54,637 nt of DNA from an uncultured Bacteroidales bacterium (GCA_964486145.1 CAZAMT010000002.1:1-54637); one strand, 5' to 3'. Positions 27,145-38,301 are shown, numbered from the stretch's first letter. Numbers and translations: made by a program. The notes: generated by a model from the sequence alone, not told the origin.

Positions 27145-28509
27145 ATGGCCAAACAAAAAACCGTTTATATTTGTCAACAATGCGGATATGAATCTCCAAA
27201 ATGGTTGGGAAAATGTCCGTCATGCAATGCATGGAACAGTTTCCAGGAAGAAATTACGGAAGGAAAAACAACAGGTATTTCACACAAGTTAAGCCAGGGA
27301 AGGGTTAATCCTGTAAAATTGAACGAAATTTCTATTGAAAAACAAAAACGAATGCATTCAGGGATATCCGAACTGGATCGGATTCTGGGAGGAGGTATCG
27401 TTCCCGGATCGCTTATCCTTATTGGCGGTGAACCCGGCATTGGAAAATCAACCCTGGCATTGCAACTTGCACTTCAAATATCAGAAAAAACAACCTTGTA
27501 TGTCAGCGGTGAAGAAAGCGAACAACAAATACGATACCGCGCCGAACGCCTGCAACATTTGACCGACAAATGTTTAATCCTCACAGAAACAAATGTTGAA
27601 GAAATCATTTATCACATTGACAAAGTAATGCCAGACATCGTCATTGTGGATTCGATTCAAACCATGCAGAGCGAGCAATTGGAATCATCGCCGGGAACGG
27701 TAACACAAATCAGGGAATGCACAGGGAAGCTACAAAAAAAGATAAAATCACTTGGAATTCCCATATTTCTTATCGGACATATTAACAAAGAAGGCAATCT
27801 CGCCGGTCCGAAAGTATTGGAGCACGTTGTTGATGTTGTCCTTCAGTTTGAAGGAGATCAAAATCATTTTTACCGGTTGCTGAGAGCATCAAAAAACAGG
27901 TTTGGCTCAACTTCAGAGCTGGGTATATTTGAAATGCAATCTGATGGCCTGAAAGAAGTATTAAACCCATCGGAAGTTTTAATTAATCAAATTGATGAAG
28001 ATTTAAGCGGCATAGCAATTGCTGCAGCCATTGACGGAGCAAGACCTTTTTTAATCGAAATTCAATCCCTTGTAAGCACGGCCGCCTACGGAACACCTCA
28101 GAGATCATCTACCGGTTATGACGTAAAAAGATTAAACATGTTACTGGCTGTACTTGAAAAGAAAGCAGGGTTTAAACTCTCTTCAAAAGATGTTTTCCTG
28201 AACATAGCAGGAGGGATAAAGCTAAACGATCCGGCTATGGATCTTCCAATCGTAATGGCCATACTATCTTCTAATTTTGATTTACCCATCACGAAAGATT
28301 CGTGCTTTTATGCTGAAATTGGGCTTTCAGGCGAAATTCGTCCGGTTTCTCATGCAGAACAACGTTTAAAAGAGGCCGATAAACTTGGATTTAAAAAAGT
28401 GTACATCGCAAGTGGAAATCAAAAAAATATTTCTCACCTAAAAACCCCGATGGAAATAATCTCATTTAGCAAAATAGAAAACCTTGTAAAACAGGTATTT
28501 GTAAAATAA
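27145..28509 (+). CDS. radA: DNA repair protein RadA
   Basis: The start was taken at MAKQKTVYICQQCGYESPKWLGKCPSC. A Walker A motif GGEPGIGKST, KNRFG and a Lon-like C-terminal domain are present. Confidence 0.93.
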   Translation: MAKQKTVYICQQCGYESPKWLGKCPSCNAWNSFQEEITEGKTTGISHKLSQGRVNPVKLNEISIEKQKRMHSGISELDRILGGGIVPGSLILIGGEPGIGKSTLALQLALQISEKTTLYVSGEESEQQIRYRAERLQHLTDKCLILTETNVEEIIYHIDKVMPDIVIVDSIQTMQSEQLESSPGTVTQIRECTGKLQKKIKSLGIPIFLIGHINKEGNLAGPKVLEHVVDVVLQFEGDQNHFYRLLRASKNRFGSTSELGIFEMQSDGLKEVLNPSEVLINQIDEDLSGIAIAAAIDGARPFLIEIQSLVSTAAYGTPQRSSTGYDVKRLNMLLAVLEKKAGFKLSSKDVFLNIAGGIKLNDPAMDLPIVMAILSSNFDLPITKDSCFYAEIGLSGEIRPVSHAEQRLKEADKLGFKKVYIASGNQKNISHLKTPMEIISFSKIENLVKQVFVK

Positions 28510-28530
28510 AACCGGGGTCTGCAATTTGCT

Positions 28531-30867
28531 TTAATAACCCAATCCGTAGCCCGAAATTCCATAATTGTCACTTGGAGATGCATAATCGTCGGGAACGTAT
28601 TCATCGCAATTTACCTGTACATTAAGATTATCAGGCATGTCAAATTCATCTTCAGGAGAAATATTAATTTCATCATCTTCATAAATTTTTTTCATGAAAT
28701 GAGCCCAGATGGGCATTGCCATATAAGCGCCCTGGCCAATATGATTATTGTCAAAACGGATTGATCTTTCCTCTCCACCTACCCAGATTCCTGTTACCAT
28801 TTTAGGGACTATCCCCATAAACCAACCATCGGAGTTGTTCTGGGTTGTACCGGTTTTTCCGGCTATTTCAGATTCAAATCCAAACCTTGTTCTCAATCCA
28901 ATGGCCGTACCAAAATTAACCGTGCCTTGCATTGCATTCAACATGAGATATGCAGTTTGCTCACTAACAGCCTCTTCTACTGTTGGTTGAAAGGTTGATA
29001 GGAGATTACCGTTTTTATCTTCAATCCTTGTTACAAAGATGGGTCGAATGTGAACCCCTTTGTTTGCAAATGTACTGAAAGCACTTACCATCTCATAAAC
29101 CGAAACATCTGAAACACCATATATCATAGAGTATACGGGATCCAGAGGGCTTTCGATTCCCAGTTTATGAGCCATGTCAACAATGGATTGCGGCGTAAAA
29201 TTTTTAAGCAGCCAGGCCGAAATCAAATTCTCGGATTTGGCAAGTCCCCATTTCAATGTTTGTTCTGTACCAATGTATTTTCTTCCTGTTGTCCTGGGCG
29301 ACCAGATTGAGTCCTTATCAGGAAATACCTGCGGAGTTACCGGAACTTTGCGGCAGGGTGAATATCCTTCCTGCCATGCCAGGACATATAAAAACGGCTT
29401 AAATGTAGAACCTGCCTGACGTTTTCCGAATTTCACATGATCATACTGAAAATGAGCCAGATCAGGACCTCCAACATATGTTTTCACATGACCAGTTCGT
29501 GGATCTGCTGACATCATTCCCACACGTAATATGTGCTTATAATAAAGTATAGAATCCCAGGGTGTCATAACAGTATCAATTTCTCCATTCCAGGTAAATA
29601 CCCGCATTTCAACGGGGGTTTTGAATGATTCCCTGATCGAGTCCATGGAAACACCGGCTGCTCTCAACGTACGATACCTGTTCGATCTTCTCATTGATGA
29701 CTGCATAATGTTATCCACTTCCTTTGAAGTAAGATCATTGGAAAACGGAGCTCCTCTTTTCCCTTTTTTTTCATTGTTAAATGCTGGTTGTAAATATTCT
29801 CCCAGGTGTTTTTTCACAGCTTGCTCCGCGTGTTGTTGCATTTTGTAATTAATGGTTGTGTATATGCGAAGGCCATCATTGTAAAGGTTATAAGTTGACC
29901 CGTCTGGCTTTTTGTTTTTATTACACCAACCAAATAATGGATCCTTGACCCAGTCAAGTGAATCACCTTTGTAACTCGCATAAGACCCATAGTCACTCCG
30001 TTCCGGTTTATCAGCATTCATAATTAATCTTAGGTACTCTCTGAAATAAGTGCCGTATCCCTCACTGTGGTCTACCCGCTGATAATCAATACTCAACGGT
30101 ATAGTCTTAACCGAATCATAAACCTCTTCAGTTATATATTTATATTTATATAATTGCCTCAATACTATATTTCTCCGTTTTTGGGTTAATTCAGGTCTGC
30201 GCAATGGATTGTAAACAGATGGATTCTGTACCATTCCTACAAGGGTTGCCGCTTCTTCCAGCTTAAGTGAATCAGGGGTAGTGTTAAAATAAACACTCGA
30301 CGCAGATTCAATGCCTACAGCAAGATTTAAAAAATCTACCTGGTTGAGATACATTGCAATGATTTCTTCTTTTGTATAACTTTTCTCAAGTTTTACAGCA
30401 ATAACCCATTCATTAAACTTTTGCCACAATCGCACCAAAATGCTTGGTGATCTTTCGTGATACAACTGCTTGGCTAACTGCTGGGTAATCGTACTGGCGC
30501 CTCCCCGGTTTCCTAAAAAAACTACAGCCCTTACCAAGCCTCGTGCATCAATTCCCGAATGTTTATGAAACCGTATATCTTCCGTGGCTATTAGTGCATT
30601 GACCAGGTATGGAGATAACTCCTGGTAATTCACAGTTGTACGGTTATTCTTAGGATTAAAATATTTTCCTAATAATTCTCTGTCTTCTGTTAAGACCTGT
30701 GCTGCAAGATCAATTTGTGGGTTTTCCAGTTCTTCAAATTTGGGCATATATCCCAACCATCCTTCTGAAATTAAGAAAAATAACAGAAAAAGCACCGCAA
30801 AAGGTGTTGCAAAGATTATCCAAAAATTCCGGGTATATTTTTTTTTCTTTTCTTCAAAATTTGCCAT
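28531..30867 (-). CDS. mrcA: Bifunctional class A penicillin-binding protein (PBP1A: transglycosylase/transpeptidase)
   Basis: 778 aa with an N-terminal anchor. The GT51 motifs are EDIRFHKHSGID and RGGSTITQQ. The transpeptidase motifs are STFK and KTGTT. Confidence 0.9.
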   Translation of the reverse strand: MANFEEKKKKYTRNFWIIFATPFAVLFLLFFLISEGWLGYMPKFEELENPQIDLAAQVLTEDRELLGKYFNPKNNRTTVNYQELSPYLVNALIATEDIRFHKHSGIDARGLVRAVVFLGNRGGASTITQQLAKQLYHERSPSILVRLWQKFNEWVIAVKLEKSYTKEEIIAMYLNQVDFLNLAVGIESASSVYFNTTPDSLKLEEAATLVGMVQNPSVYNPLRRPELTQKRRNIVLRQLYKYKYITEEVYDSVKTIPLSIDYQRVDHSEGYGTYFREYLRLIMNADKPERSDYGSYASYKGDSLDWVKDPLFGWCNKNKKPDGSTYNLYNDGLRIYTTINYKMQQHAEQAVKKHLGEYLQPAFNNEKKGKRGAPFSNDLTSKEVDNIMQSSMRRSNRYRTLRAAGVSMDSIRESFKTPVEMRVFTWNGEIDTVMTPWDSILYYKHILRVGMMSADPRTGHVKTYVGGPDLAHFQYDHVKFGKRQAGSTFKPFLYVLAWQEGYSPCRKVPVTPQVFPDKDSIWSPRTTGRKYIGTEQTLKWGLAKSENLISAWLLKNFTPQSIVDMAHKLGIESPLDPVYSMIYGVSDVSVYEMVSAFSTFANKGVHIRPIFVTRIEDKNGNLLSTFQPTVEEAVSEQTAYLMLNAMQGTVNFGTAIGLRTRFGFESEIAGKTGTTQNNSDGWFMGIVPKMVTGIWVGGEERSIRFDNNHIGQGAYMAMPIWAHFMKKIYEDDEINISPEDEFDMPDNLNVQVNCDEYVPDDYASPSDNYGISGYGLGY

Positions 30868-30977
30868 AATATTTCATGCACTTTGTCGTAAAAGTAATAA
30901 TTATTTACTTTACAAATTTGAACACTGTTTCAAATTACGTTTAAAACGGCAATTATATTGCTTAAAACATTATTATA

Positions 30978-33305
30978 ATGGGAGAAAATTTAGTTATTGT
31001 TGAATCACCTGCAAAAGCCAAAACAATTGAAAAATTTCTTGGCAAAGAATATCAGGTTACATCCAGTTACGGACATATCAGGGACCTGGCAAAGAAAAAT
31101 CTGGGAATTGACATAGAAAATGATTTCCAGCCGGATTATATCATATCGGAAGATAAAAAGAAAGTAGTTAATGAATTAAAAAAACTTGTAAAAAACACGA
31201 AAACAGTTTGGTTAGCATCCGATGAAGACCGCGAAGGGGAGGCCATTGCATGGCATTTGTATGAGGTGTTAAAATTGAAAAATGAAACCACAAAACGCAT
31301 TGTATTTCATGAAATAACAAAAGATGCCATCAACCGGGCAATTGAAAGTCCGCGCGGAATTGACAACAATTTGGTAAATGCACAGCAAGCGCGCAGAATA
31401 CTTGACAGGATTGTGGGTTTTGAACTTTCACCGGTACTGTGGAAAAAAATTAAGCCCAATCTGTCAGCAGGGAGAGTGCAATCAGTTGCTGTGAGATTAT
31501 TGGTTGAAAGAGAGCGTGAAATCATGAATTTCCAACCCTCATCTTCATACAGGGTTGTTGGTATTTTTGAATGTCTTGATGTTCATTCAAAACAAGTTGA
31601 AATTAAAGCCGTCCTGAAAAATCGACTGAAAAAGAAATCTGATGCTGAAGACTTTCTAAAAAAATGCTCTCAAGCCTCATTTACCGTAGGTGATATTACC
31701 ACCAAACCATCAAAAAAATCACCGGCACCACCATTTACAACATCAACATTGCAACAGGAAGCCAGCCGCAAGTTAAGCTTTTCAGTATCACAAACCATGC
31801 GGGTTGCACAGAATTTATATGAATCGGGACACATTACTTATATGAGAACGGATTCGGTAAACCTCGCCCAATCAGCAGTACAATCGGCTAAAAATGTTAT
31901 TACCGGAGAATTCGGCAATAAGTATTTACAGATTAGAAATTATAAAACCAAATCGAAAGGTGCACAAGAAGCTCATGAAGCCATTCGGCCTACATATATT
32001 AATAAACCAGAAATCAAAGCAAGTGCAAATGAACAGAGATTATACGAATTAATTTGGAAAAGAACCATTGCCTCACAAATGAGTGATGCCCAACTTGAAA
32101 AAACAACCATCCGCATAGATTTATCCAACTCAGATGAAAAATTTACAGCAAATGGTGAAGTCATTAAATTTGATGGCTTTTTAAAGGTTTACCTGGAATC
32201 TACCGATGATGAACCTGATGAAAGCGATTCAGGATTACTCCCCCGGGTAAAAGTAGATGAAAAACTTGACTATAGAAATATAACTGCATCTGAAAAATAT
32301 TCAAACCATCCTCCAAGATATACAGAGGCCAGTTTGGTAAAAAAACTTGAAGAACTGGGAATTGGAAGACCTTCAACCTATGCACCAATTATTTCAACAG
32401 TGCAAAACCGGGGATATGTTGTAAAAGAGGACAGACAGGGAAAAGAAAGACAGTACAATGAATTTCGACTGGTAAATGACAAGATAAACCATGAGACGAA
32501 AACCGAAATTACAGGTACCGAAAAATCCAAACTTTTCCCAAGAGACATTGGAATGGTGGTTAACGATTTCCTTGAAGATAATTTCACCACCATCATGGAT
32601 TACAATTTTACGGCCAATGTTGAAAAAAAATTCGATGATATTGCTGCTGGTAAAGTAGAATGGAGGAAAATGTTAGATGACTTCTACAAATCATTTCATC
32701 CAAAAGTAGAAAATACACTTCAACATTCCGAAAGAAGCAAGGGAGAACGATATCTTGGTGATGATCCTGCATCGGGAAAACCTGTGTATGTAAAAATAGG
32801 AAGATATGGTCCTGTGGCCCAGATGGGTGTTGCAAAACCGGAGGATGAAAACGCTGAAAAGCCAAAATTTGCCAGTCTTTTAAAAACTCAGCTTATTGAA
32901 AATATTACACTTGAAGAGGCTCTCGAACTTTTTAAACTTCCAAGGAATCTTGGCAAATATGAAAATGAAGACGTCACTGTTTCTATTGGTCGTTTTGGTC
33001 CATATGTAAAACATCAATCGCTGTTTGCATCACTGAAAAAAGGAGTTGATGATCCATACACGATCGAATTGGAGCGGGCAATAGAGCTTATTGAAGAAAA
33101 AAGAGAAAAAGAAAGAAACCGTAAGATCAAAACATTTGATCATGACCAGGACCTTCAGATTCTTAATGGCCGTTGGGGTCCATACATCGCCTACAAAAAG
33201 AAAAATTACAGGATCCCCAAAAATACTGATCCAAAACAGTTGACATACGATGATTGCATGGAAATCATAGAAAAATCGGCAAAAACCAAAAAATCCAAAA
33301 AATAG
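30978..33305 (+). CDS. topA: DNA topoisomerase I
   Basis: 775 aa. It has a TOPRIM N-terminus LVIVESPAKAKTIEKFLG, DEDREGE, and the active-site region GHITYMRTDS. Confidence 0.95.
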   Translation: MGENLVIVESPAKAKTIEKFLGKEYQVTSSYGHIRDLAKKNLGIDIENDFQPDYIISEDKKKVVNELKKLVKNTKTVWLASDEDREGEAIAWHLYEVLKLKNETTKRIVFHEITKDAINRAIESPRGIDNNLVNAQQARRILDRIVGFELSPVLWKKIKPNLSAGRVQSVAVRLLVEREREIMNFQPSSSYRVVGIFECLDVHSKQVEIKAVLKNRLKKKSDAEDFLKKCSQASFTVGDITTKPSKKSPAPPFTTSTLQQEASRKLSFSVSQTMRVAQNLYESGHITYMRTDSVNLAQSAVQSAKNVITGEFGNKYLQIRNYKTKSKGAQEAHEAIRPTYINKPEIKASANEQRLYELIWKRTIASQMSDAQLEKTTIRIDLSNSDEKFTANGEVIKFDGFLKVYLESTDDEPDESDSGLLPRVKVDEKLDYRNITASEKYSNHPPRYTEASLVKKLEELGIGRPSTYAPIISTVQNRGYVVKEDRQGKERQYNEFRLVNDKINHETKTEITGTEKSKLFPRDIGMVVNDFLEDNFTTIMDYNFTANVEKKFDDIAAGKVEWRKMLDDFYKSFHPKVENTLQHSERSKGERYLGDDPASGKPVYVKIGRYGPVAQMGVAKPEDENAEKPKFASLLKTQLIENITLEEALELFKLPRNLGKYENEDVTVSIGRFGPYVKHQSLFASLKKGVDDPYTIELERAIELIEEKREKERNRKIKTFDHDQDLQILNGRWGPYIAYKKKNYRIPKNTDPKQLTYDDCMEIIEKSAKTKKSKK

Positions 33306-33323
33306 CGACATACTTTATATTCT

Positions 33324-34493
33324 ATGAACTTAATAGATTTTCTTACCCCGGTTGAACTGGAAAAACCCCTGGTATACCAACAACCTGATGATTCATCCAT
33401 GAGTCGCACCATCACGGTTCACACCCCTGATCATCCGGTAAAGGATTTGGATGGTTTTGATTTAGCCATCGTAGGTATTCCCGAGGATAGAAGCTCTTAT
33501 AACACTGGTTCGTCCAGGGCACCTGATAAAATCCGTGAATATCTTTATCAATTGCGCGGATTTAAAAATCATTTAAAAATCATTGACCTGGGAAACCTCA
33601 AACCGGGCAACCAAATAATTGATACATATTATGGAGCAAATGAAGTATTTCGTATGCTGTATAAAATAAAAATTCCGGTTTTAGTGCTTGGTGGGACACA
33701 AGATATGACAATTAGCAATTGCATGGCTTTGAAAAAAGAAAACATACCATACAAATTAACATGTATTGACCGTAAAATTGATTATTTGCAAGCTGCTGAA
33801 GCATCTGCATCCGACAAGTTCCTAATAAATATTTTCGATGAAAAGGAAAATATTTATCCACTGGATTTCGCCTGCCTGGGTTATCAATCCTATTTCGTCA
33901 ACAATGAAGTTTTAGACATATTCAGAAACAAAAATTTCGTTCTTAAGCGTTTGGGGCTTGCTCGTTCAAATTTACCACTTCTTGAACCGGAACTTCGTGA
34001 TTCTCATATTGTAAGTGTTGATATTTCATCGGTAAAACAATCGGATGCGCCAGGGTATTATAACCCATCGCCGAACGGCTTTTATGGGGAAGAGCTCTGT
34101 CAAATGGCGAGATATGCAGGGCTTGGTGAAAAAGTGTCGTCCTTCGGTATTTTTGAAGTAAATCCTAAATTTGACAATAACCATCAAACCTCACATTTAG
34201 CAGCCCAAATATCATGGTATTTTATTGATGGATTGGCTAATAGAGCCGGCGAATCCCCGGAAAAAGGTGAAAAATCGTTTAAAAAATTTATTGTTGCCAA
34301 TAGCAAACTCGAACAGCAGATTATCTTCTATAAAAGCATCAAAACAAATCGCTGGTGGATGGCTGTACCATCCGATCCAAAGAAAAATAAAAAGAACCAT
34401 ATCATTATTTCCTGTTCAGCGCTGGACTATGAGGTTGCCTGTAATGACGAAATTCCTGACAGATGGCTGGATGCTTTCCATCGGTTCAATTAA
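33324..34493 (+). CDS. Arginase/formimidoylglutamase-fold protein with degenerate metal-binding motifs and a C-terminal extension of about 90 aa
   Basis: 389 aa with a ureohydrolase-like order of motifs. GGTQD replaces GG(D/G)H(S/E), DRKID replaces DAHxD, and SVDISSVKQ replaces SxDxDxxDP. EVNP is retained. Confidence 0.65.
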   Translation: MNLIDFLTPVELEKPLVYQQPDDSSMSRTITVHTPDHPVKDLDGFDLAIVGIPEDRSSYNTGSSRAPDKIREYLYQLRGFKNHLKIIDLGNLKPGNQIIDTYYGANEVFRMLYKIKIPVLVLGGTQDMTISNCMALKKENIPYKLTCIDRKIDYLQAAEASASDKFLINIFDEKENIYPLDFACLGYQSYFVNNEVLDIFRNKNFVLKRLGLARSNLPLLEPELRDSHIVSVDISSVKQSDAPGYYNPSPNGFYGEELCQMARYAGLGEKVSSFGIFEVNPKFDNNHQTSHLAAQISWYFIDGLANRAGESPEKGEKSFKKFIVANSKLEQQIIFYKSIKTNRWWMAVPSDPKKNKKNHIIISCSALDYEVACNDEIPDRWLDAFHRFN

Positions 34494-34729
34494 TGCGCTT
34501 TTTCTCATCAACGTTTTTAGCCTCATTACATTAACTTCGTTGAGCTCCCCGAAAAAATATCGGGGCAAGTTGTCCTCGGTTCACAAATTATTTATAATCG
34601 ACTGTTTATATTGCACTGGATGAATATGAAAATCATCTGTATAAGTAACATTATTTAACCCTGCCAGTATAAGGTACTGGAGAAAAACATTATCTTTAGT
34701 ATTGTGTTAATTAATTTGTTCGGATATAA

Positions 34730-34737
34730 TATTTTTG
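34730..34737 (+). promoter_or_regulatory. Bacteroidota -7 promoter box (TAnnTTTG) upstream of porP
   Basis: tatttttg lies 66 nt upstream of the ATG at 34803. Confidence 0.3.
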
Positions 34738-34802
34738 CTTATTTTACTGTTAGTAATTAATGCGGATGTTGAGGGATTTATTAGTTTGATTAATACAGTA
34801 TC

Positions 34803-35768
34803 ATGAAAAGTTTTCTCCTTTCAATTTTAACGATTTTCGTATTGCTATTTGATGTGTCATCACAACAAGATCCACAGTTTAGTCATTATATGTTTAACAA
34901 TATGCTAACAAATCCAGGCTATGCCGGCAGTTCCGGGAAAATTTGTGCCACAGCCATTAACAGGAATCAATGGTTGGGATTCGAAGGTGCTCCCCGTACA
35001 TTTGCAGCGAATGTAAATACTCCATTCAATTTATTTGGAGTTTCTCATGGTGCAGGCCTATCCGTTAGTAATGATGTTTATGGATTCAACACCGATCTGG
35101 GATTAAGCCTTTCATATGCTTTAAGATTCGATGTTGGAGATGGAAAATTGGCTATCGGGGTTGCAGGTGGTATGATGAACAATGCGCTGGGAGAAGCTAA
35201 TTGGGAATTTGACGATGGCAGTATCTTTCATTCAGGCTCGGATAATGCAATTCCGCAGGGGGATGAAAATGTCACCGTATTTAATATGGATGGCGGAGTA
35301 TTTTACAATACTGATGATTTATATTTTGGTATCTCTGCAACCAATATTACAGAACCTACGTTAAAATATTCCAAAGGCGAAAGCGAAGTTGCAGGAAGCT
35401 CAGAGTATCAGCTAAAAAGGCACTATTACCTGACTGCCGGTTATACGTTGCAAATGCCAAATCCATCTTTTGAAGTTTTGCCTTCATTAATGGTGCGATC
35501 AGACGGGAAGTCATCTCAGATTGATGTAAATGCTTTGGTTCAATACAATAAAAAGTTCTGGGGTGGCGTTTCTTTAAGAGTTCCGGACCTGATTTTTTTA
35601 GCGGGAATTGAACTTACAAATAATTTAAAAATTGGTATCTCTTATGATTACACATTTTCAAAAATTATGAATTATAGCGATGGTTCGGTAGAAATAATGT
35701 TAAACTATTGTTTTGAAATAAATAAGGATAAATCACCAAAAAAATACAAAAGCATTCGATATTTATAA
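34803..35768 (+). CDS. porP: Type IX secretion system membrane protein, PorP/SprF family
   Basis: 321 aa with a signal peptide followed by QQDPQFSHYMFNNMLTNPGYAG (family N-terminal signature). It has beta-barrel-like alternation and lies directly upstream of gldK. Confidence 0.85.
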   Translation: MKSFLLSILTIFVLLFDVSSQQDPQFSHYMFNNMLTNPGYAGSSGKICATAINRNQWLGFEGAPRTFAANVNTPFNLFGVSHGAGLSVSNDVYGFNTDLGLSLSYALRFDVGDGKLAIGVAGGMMNNALGEANWEFDDGSIFHSGSDNAIPQGDENVTVFNMDGGVFYNTDDLYFGISATNITEPTLKYSKGESEVAGSSEYQLKRHYYLTAGYTLQMPNPSFEVLPSLMVRSDGKSSQIDVNALVQYNKKFWGGVSLRVPDLIFLAGIELTNNLKIGISYDYTFSKIMNYSDGSVEIMLNYCFEINKDKSPKKYKSIRYL

Positions 35769-35839
35769 AACATTAATGAATAATTTCGGTATAAAGGAAA
35801 AATAGAGAAACAAAAAATTGCAGATAAATACAAAGAGCC

Positions 35840-37174
35840 ATGAAAAAGTTAAGTTCATTTATTGTCCTCTTAGTTGTCATAATCATCAGTAGCTGCGGCG
35901 GTTACAGCAGTGGTGAACTGGTTGGGGTTCAAGGAAGAAAGAAGTATTTTGAACCAGATCCATTTGGAATGATATTCATTCCGCAAGGTAGTTTCACTCT
36001 TGGACAGAGTGACCAGGATGTTGCATGGGCACAATCAACAATGTCAAAAACCGTGTCAATTGAAGCCTTCTGGATGGATGAAACCGAAGTTACAAATAAC
36101 GAATATCGTCAATTCGTTCATTGGGTTCGTGATTCTATCATGAGAAGAATGCTTGGCGAACAACTTGATGAATATATCATTGCTGAAGACGAACTGGGTA
36201 ACCCCATCGATCCTCCATTGATCAACTGGGACGAAAAAATTGACTTCAGAGATGAAGAGATTAATGAAATTCTATCAGATCTATATTATCCTTCACAGGA
36301 AAGATTCTTTGGAAGAAAGCAACTGGATACCCGAAAATTGATGTATGAATATTTCTGGGTAGATTATCAGCAGGCAGCCAAAAAATCAAATAGATATAAC
36401 TTTGAAACAAAAGAATACGAGGGTTACATTTTAAATAACAATGGTGAGAGAGTAGAAATTACAGACCGTTCTTCATTCATCATTCGCGATGTTGTCAATG
36501 TATATCCCGATACATTATGTTGGATTTCTGACTTTACTTATTCGTATAACGAGCCCATGGCAAATATGTATTTCTGGCACCCTGGGTATGACAATTACCC
36601 GGTTGTAGGAGTTACATGGAAACAAGCAAATGCCTTTAGTATCTGGAGAACGCAATTCCTGAATAATTCACTGGCAAGTGAAGGTGACCCCTGGGTACAT
36701 GATTACAGGCTTCCCCTTGAAACTGAGTGGGAATATGCAGCAAGAGGTGGACTTGATCACTCAATGTATCCCTGGGGAGGTATGTACACAAGAAATAAAG
36801 AAGGTTGCTTTCTTGCAAACTTTAAACCTTTAAGAGGAAATTATACCGATGATGGTTCACTGGCAACTGCTGCTGTTGGAACTTATGAGCCAAACGAATG
36901 GGGTATATATGACATGGCAGGAAATGTTGCTGAATGGACGGCAAATGCATTTGATGAATCGGCTTATATTTTCTCTCATGACATGAATCCTGATTATAAA
37001 TACAATGCATCTCCGGATGATCCTCCTGTATTAAAAAGAAAAGTTATTCGTGGTGGATCCTGGAAAGATATTGCATATTACATGCAAAATGGTACACGTA
37101 CCTATGAGTATCAGGATACAGCAAAATCATATATTGGCTTTCGTTGCGTAAGATCTTATATTGGCGGCAACTAA
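35840..37174 (+). CDS. gldK: Gliding motility / T9SS lipoprotein GldK (PorK)
   Basis: 444 aa with lipobox ISSCGG. An FGE-sulfatase-like domain is indicated by FGMIFIPQGSFTLGQ, LPLETEWEYAARGG, RGGSW and GFRCV. Confidence 0.92.
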   Translation: MKKLSSFIVLLVVIIISSCGGYSSGELVGVQGRKKYFEPDPFGMIFIPQGSFTLGQSDQDVAWAQSTMSKTVSIEAFWMDETEVTNNEYRQFVHWVRDSIMRRMLGEQLDEYIIAEDELGNPIDPPLINWDEKIDFRDEEINEILSDLYYPSQERFFGRKQLDTRKLMYEYFWVDYQQAAKKSNRYNFETKEYEGYILNNNGERVEITDRSSFIIRDVVNVYPDTLCWISDFTYSYNEPMANMYFWHPGYDNYPVVGVTWKQANAFSIWRTQFLNNSLASEGDPWVHDYRLPLETEWEYAARGGLDHSMYPWGGMYTRNKEGCFLANFKPLRGNYTDDGSLATAAVGTYEPNEWGIYDMAGNVAEWTANAFDESAYIFSHDMNPDYKYNASPDDPPVLKRKVIRGGSWKDIAYYMQNGTRTYEYQDTAKSYIGFRCVRSYIGGN

Positions 37175-37258
37175 TATGTTTTGCAAGAGCACAATAAAAG
37201 CTATTGATTTTACGTCCTTAAAGAGAATTAATTACTATAAATATTATTATCTCAAGTT

Positions 37259-38266
37259 ATGAATGTTACTGAAATTGTTCAGAGTTCTGGTTGGAAAAAC
37301 TTTATGGCAAAGCTCTATGGAATTGGAGCAGCGGTTGTGATAGTTGGTGCCCTTTTTAAGATTATGCACTGGCCGGGTGCCAGCATGATGCTTATTGCCG
37401 GGCTAAGTACCGAAGCAGTTATATTTTTCTTTTCTGCATTTGAACCGCTTCATGAAGAATTGGACTGGACGTTGGTTTATCCCGAGTTAGCCGGTATGAC
37501 GGACCCACAAGAAATAGAAGGATTTAAAGAACATCGGGAAATGGGTCCTTCAATGCACAAAAAACAGGAAGGTTTAGGTGCTTCTCCAGGCGGTTATGGA
37601 AATTCAGCGGGCCCACCAAGCAGCGGAGGAAACAACGATGCACTTGCCGGTTTAGCGACTATTCCTGAAGTGAATTCAGATACCTTTTCAAAATTGGGTG
37701 AAGGCCTCACCAAATTATCAACTTCAGTGGATAACTTAAATGATATTTCTGAAGCAACCGTTGCAACAAAAGAATACTTTGAAAATGTAAAGATTGCATC
37801 AGATTCAGTTAAATCTCTTTCTGATACTTACCAACGATCAAATGAGAGCCTGAAAGAGTCATCCAATAATCTGTCAATGTCATATGAGAATTCTGTTAAC
37901 CTGATCAATCAAAGTGGACAAAATTTCATTCAATCTTATGAAAAATTATCTTCTTCGTTGCTCAACGGTCAGGAGAATATTTCAAGAACAAGTAGTGAAT
38001 ACGAAAACAACTTGTCTTCTTTAAATAAAAATTTATCAGCATTAAATACAGTTTATGAACTTCAGTTGCAGGATACAAGCCAACATTTAAAAGATACGAA
38101 ACAATTGTATAACGGACTGGATGAAATGACAAACAGTTTAAAGGAATCAGTTGACGAAACAATTCGATATAAAAATGAGATATCGAAGCTGGGGAACAGT
38201 TTATCATCATTAAATGAGGTATATGGTAATATGCTGTCTTCAGTAAGTGCTGCTACAATCAAATAA
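37259..38266 (+). CDS. gldL: Gliding motility / T9SS protein GldL (PorL)
   Basis: 335 aa with two N-terminal TM helices (YGIGAAVVIVGALFKIMHWPGASMMLIAGLSTEAVIFFFSAFEP) followed by a long coiled-coil-like region. Confidence 0.9.
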   Translation: MNVTEIVQSSGWKNFMAKLYGIGAAVVIVGALFKIMHWPGASMMLIAGLSTEAVIFFFSAFEPLHEELDWTLVYPELAGMTDPQEIEGFKEHREMGPSMHKKQEGLGASPGGYGNSAGPPSSGGNNDALAGLATIPEVNSDTFSKLGEGLTKLSTSVDNLNDISEATVATKEYFENVKIASDSVKSLSDTYQRSNESLKESSNNLSMSYENSVNLINQSGQNFIQSYEKLSSSLLNGQENISRTSSEYENNLSSLNKNLSALNTVYELQLQDTSQHLKDTKQLYNGLDEMTNSLKESVDETIRYKNEISKLGNSLSSLNEVYGNMLSSVSAATIK

Positions 38267-38301
38267 AAAATCTAATAATTTTAATTTAGTAATAATTAGA
38301 A

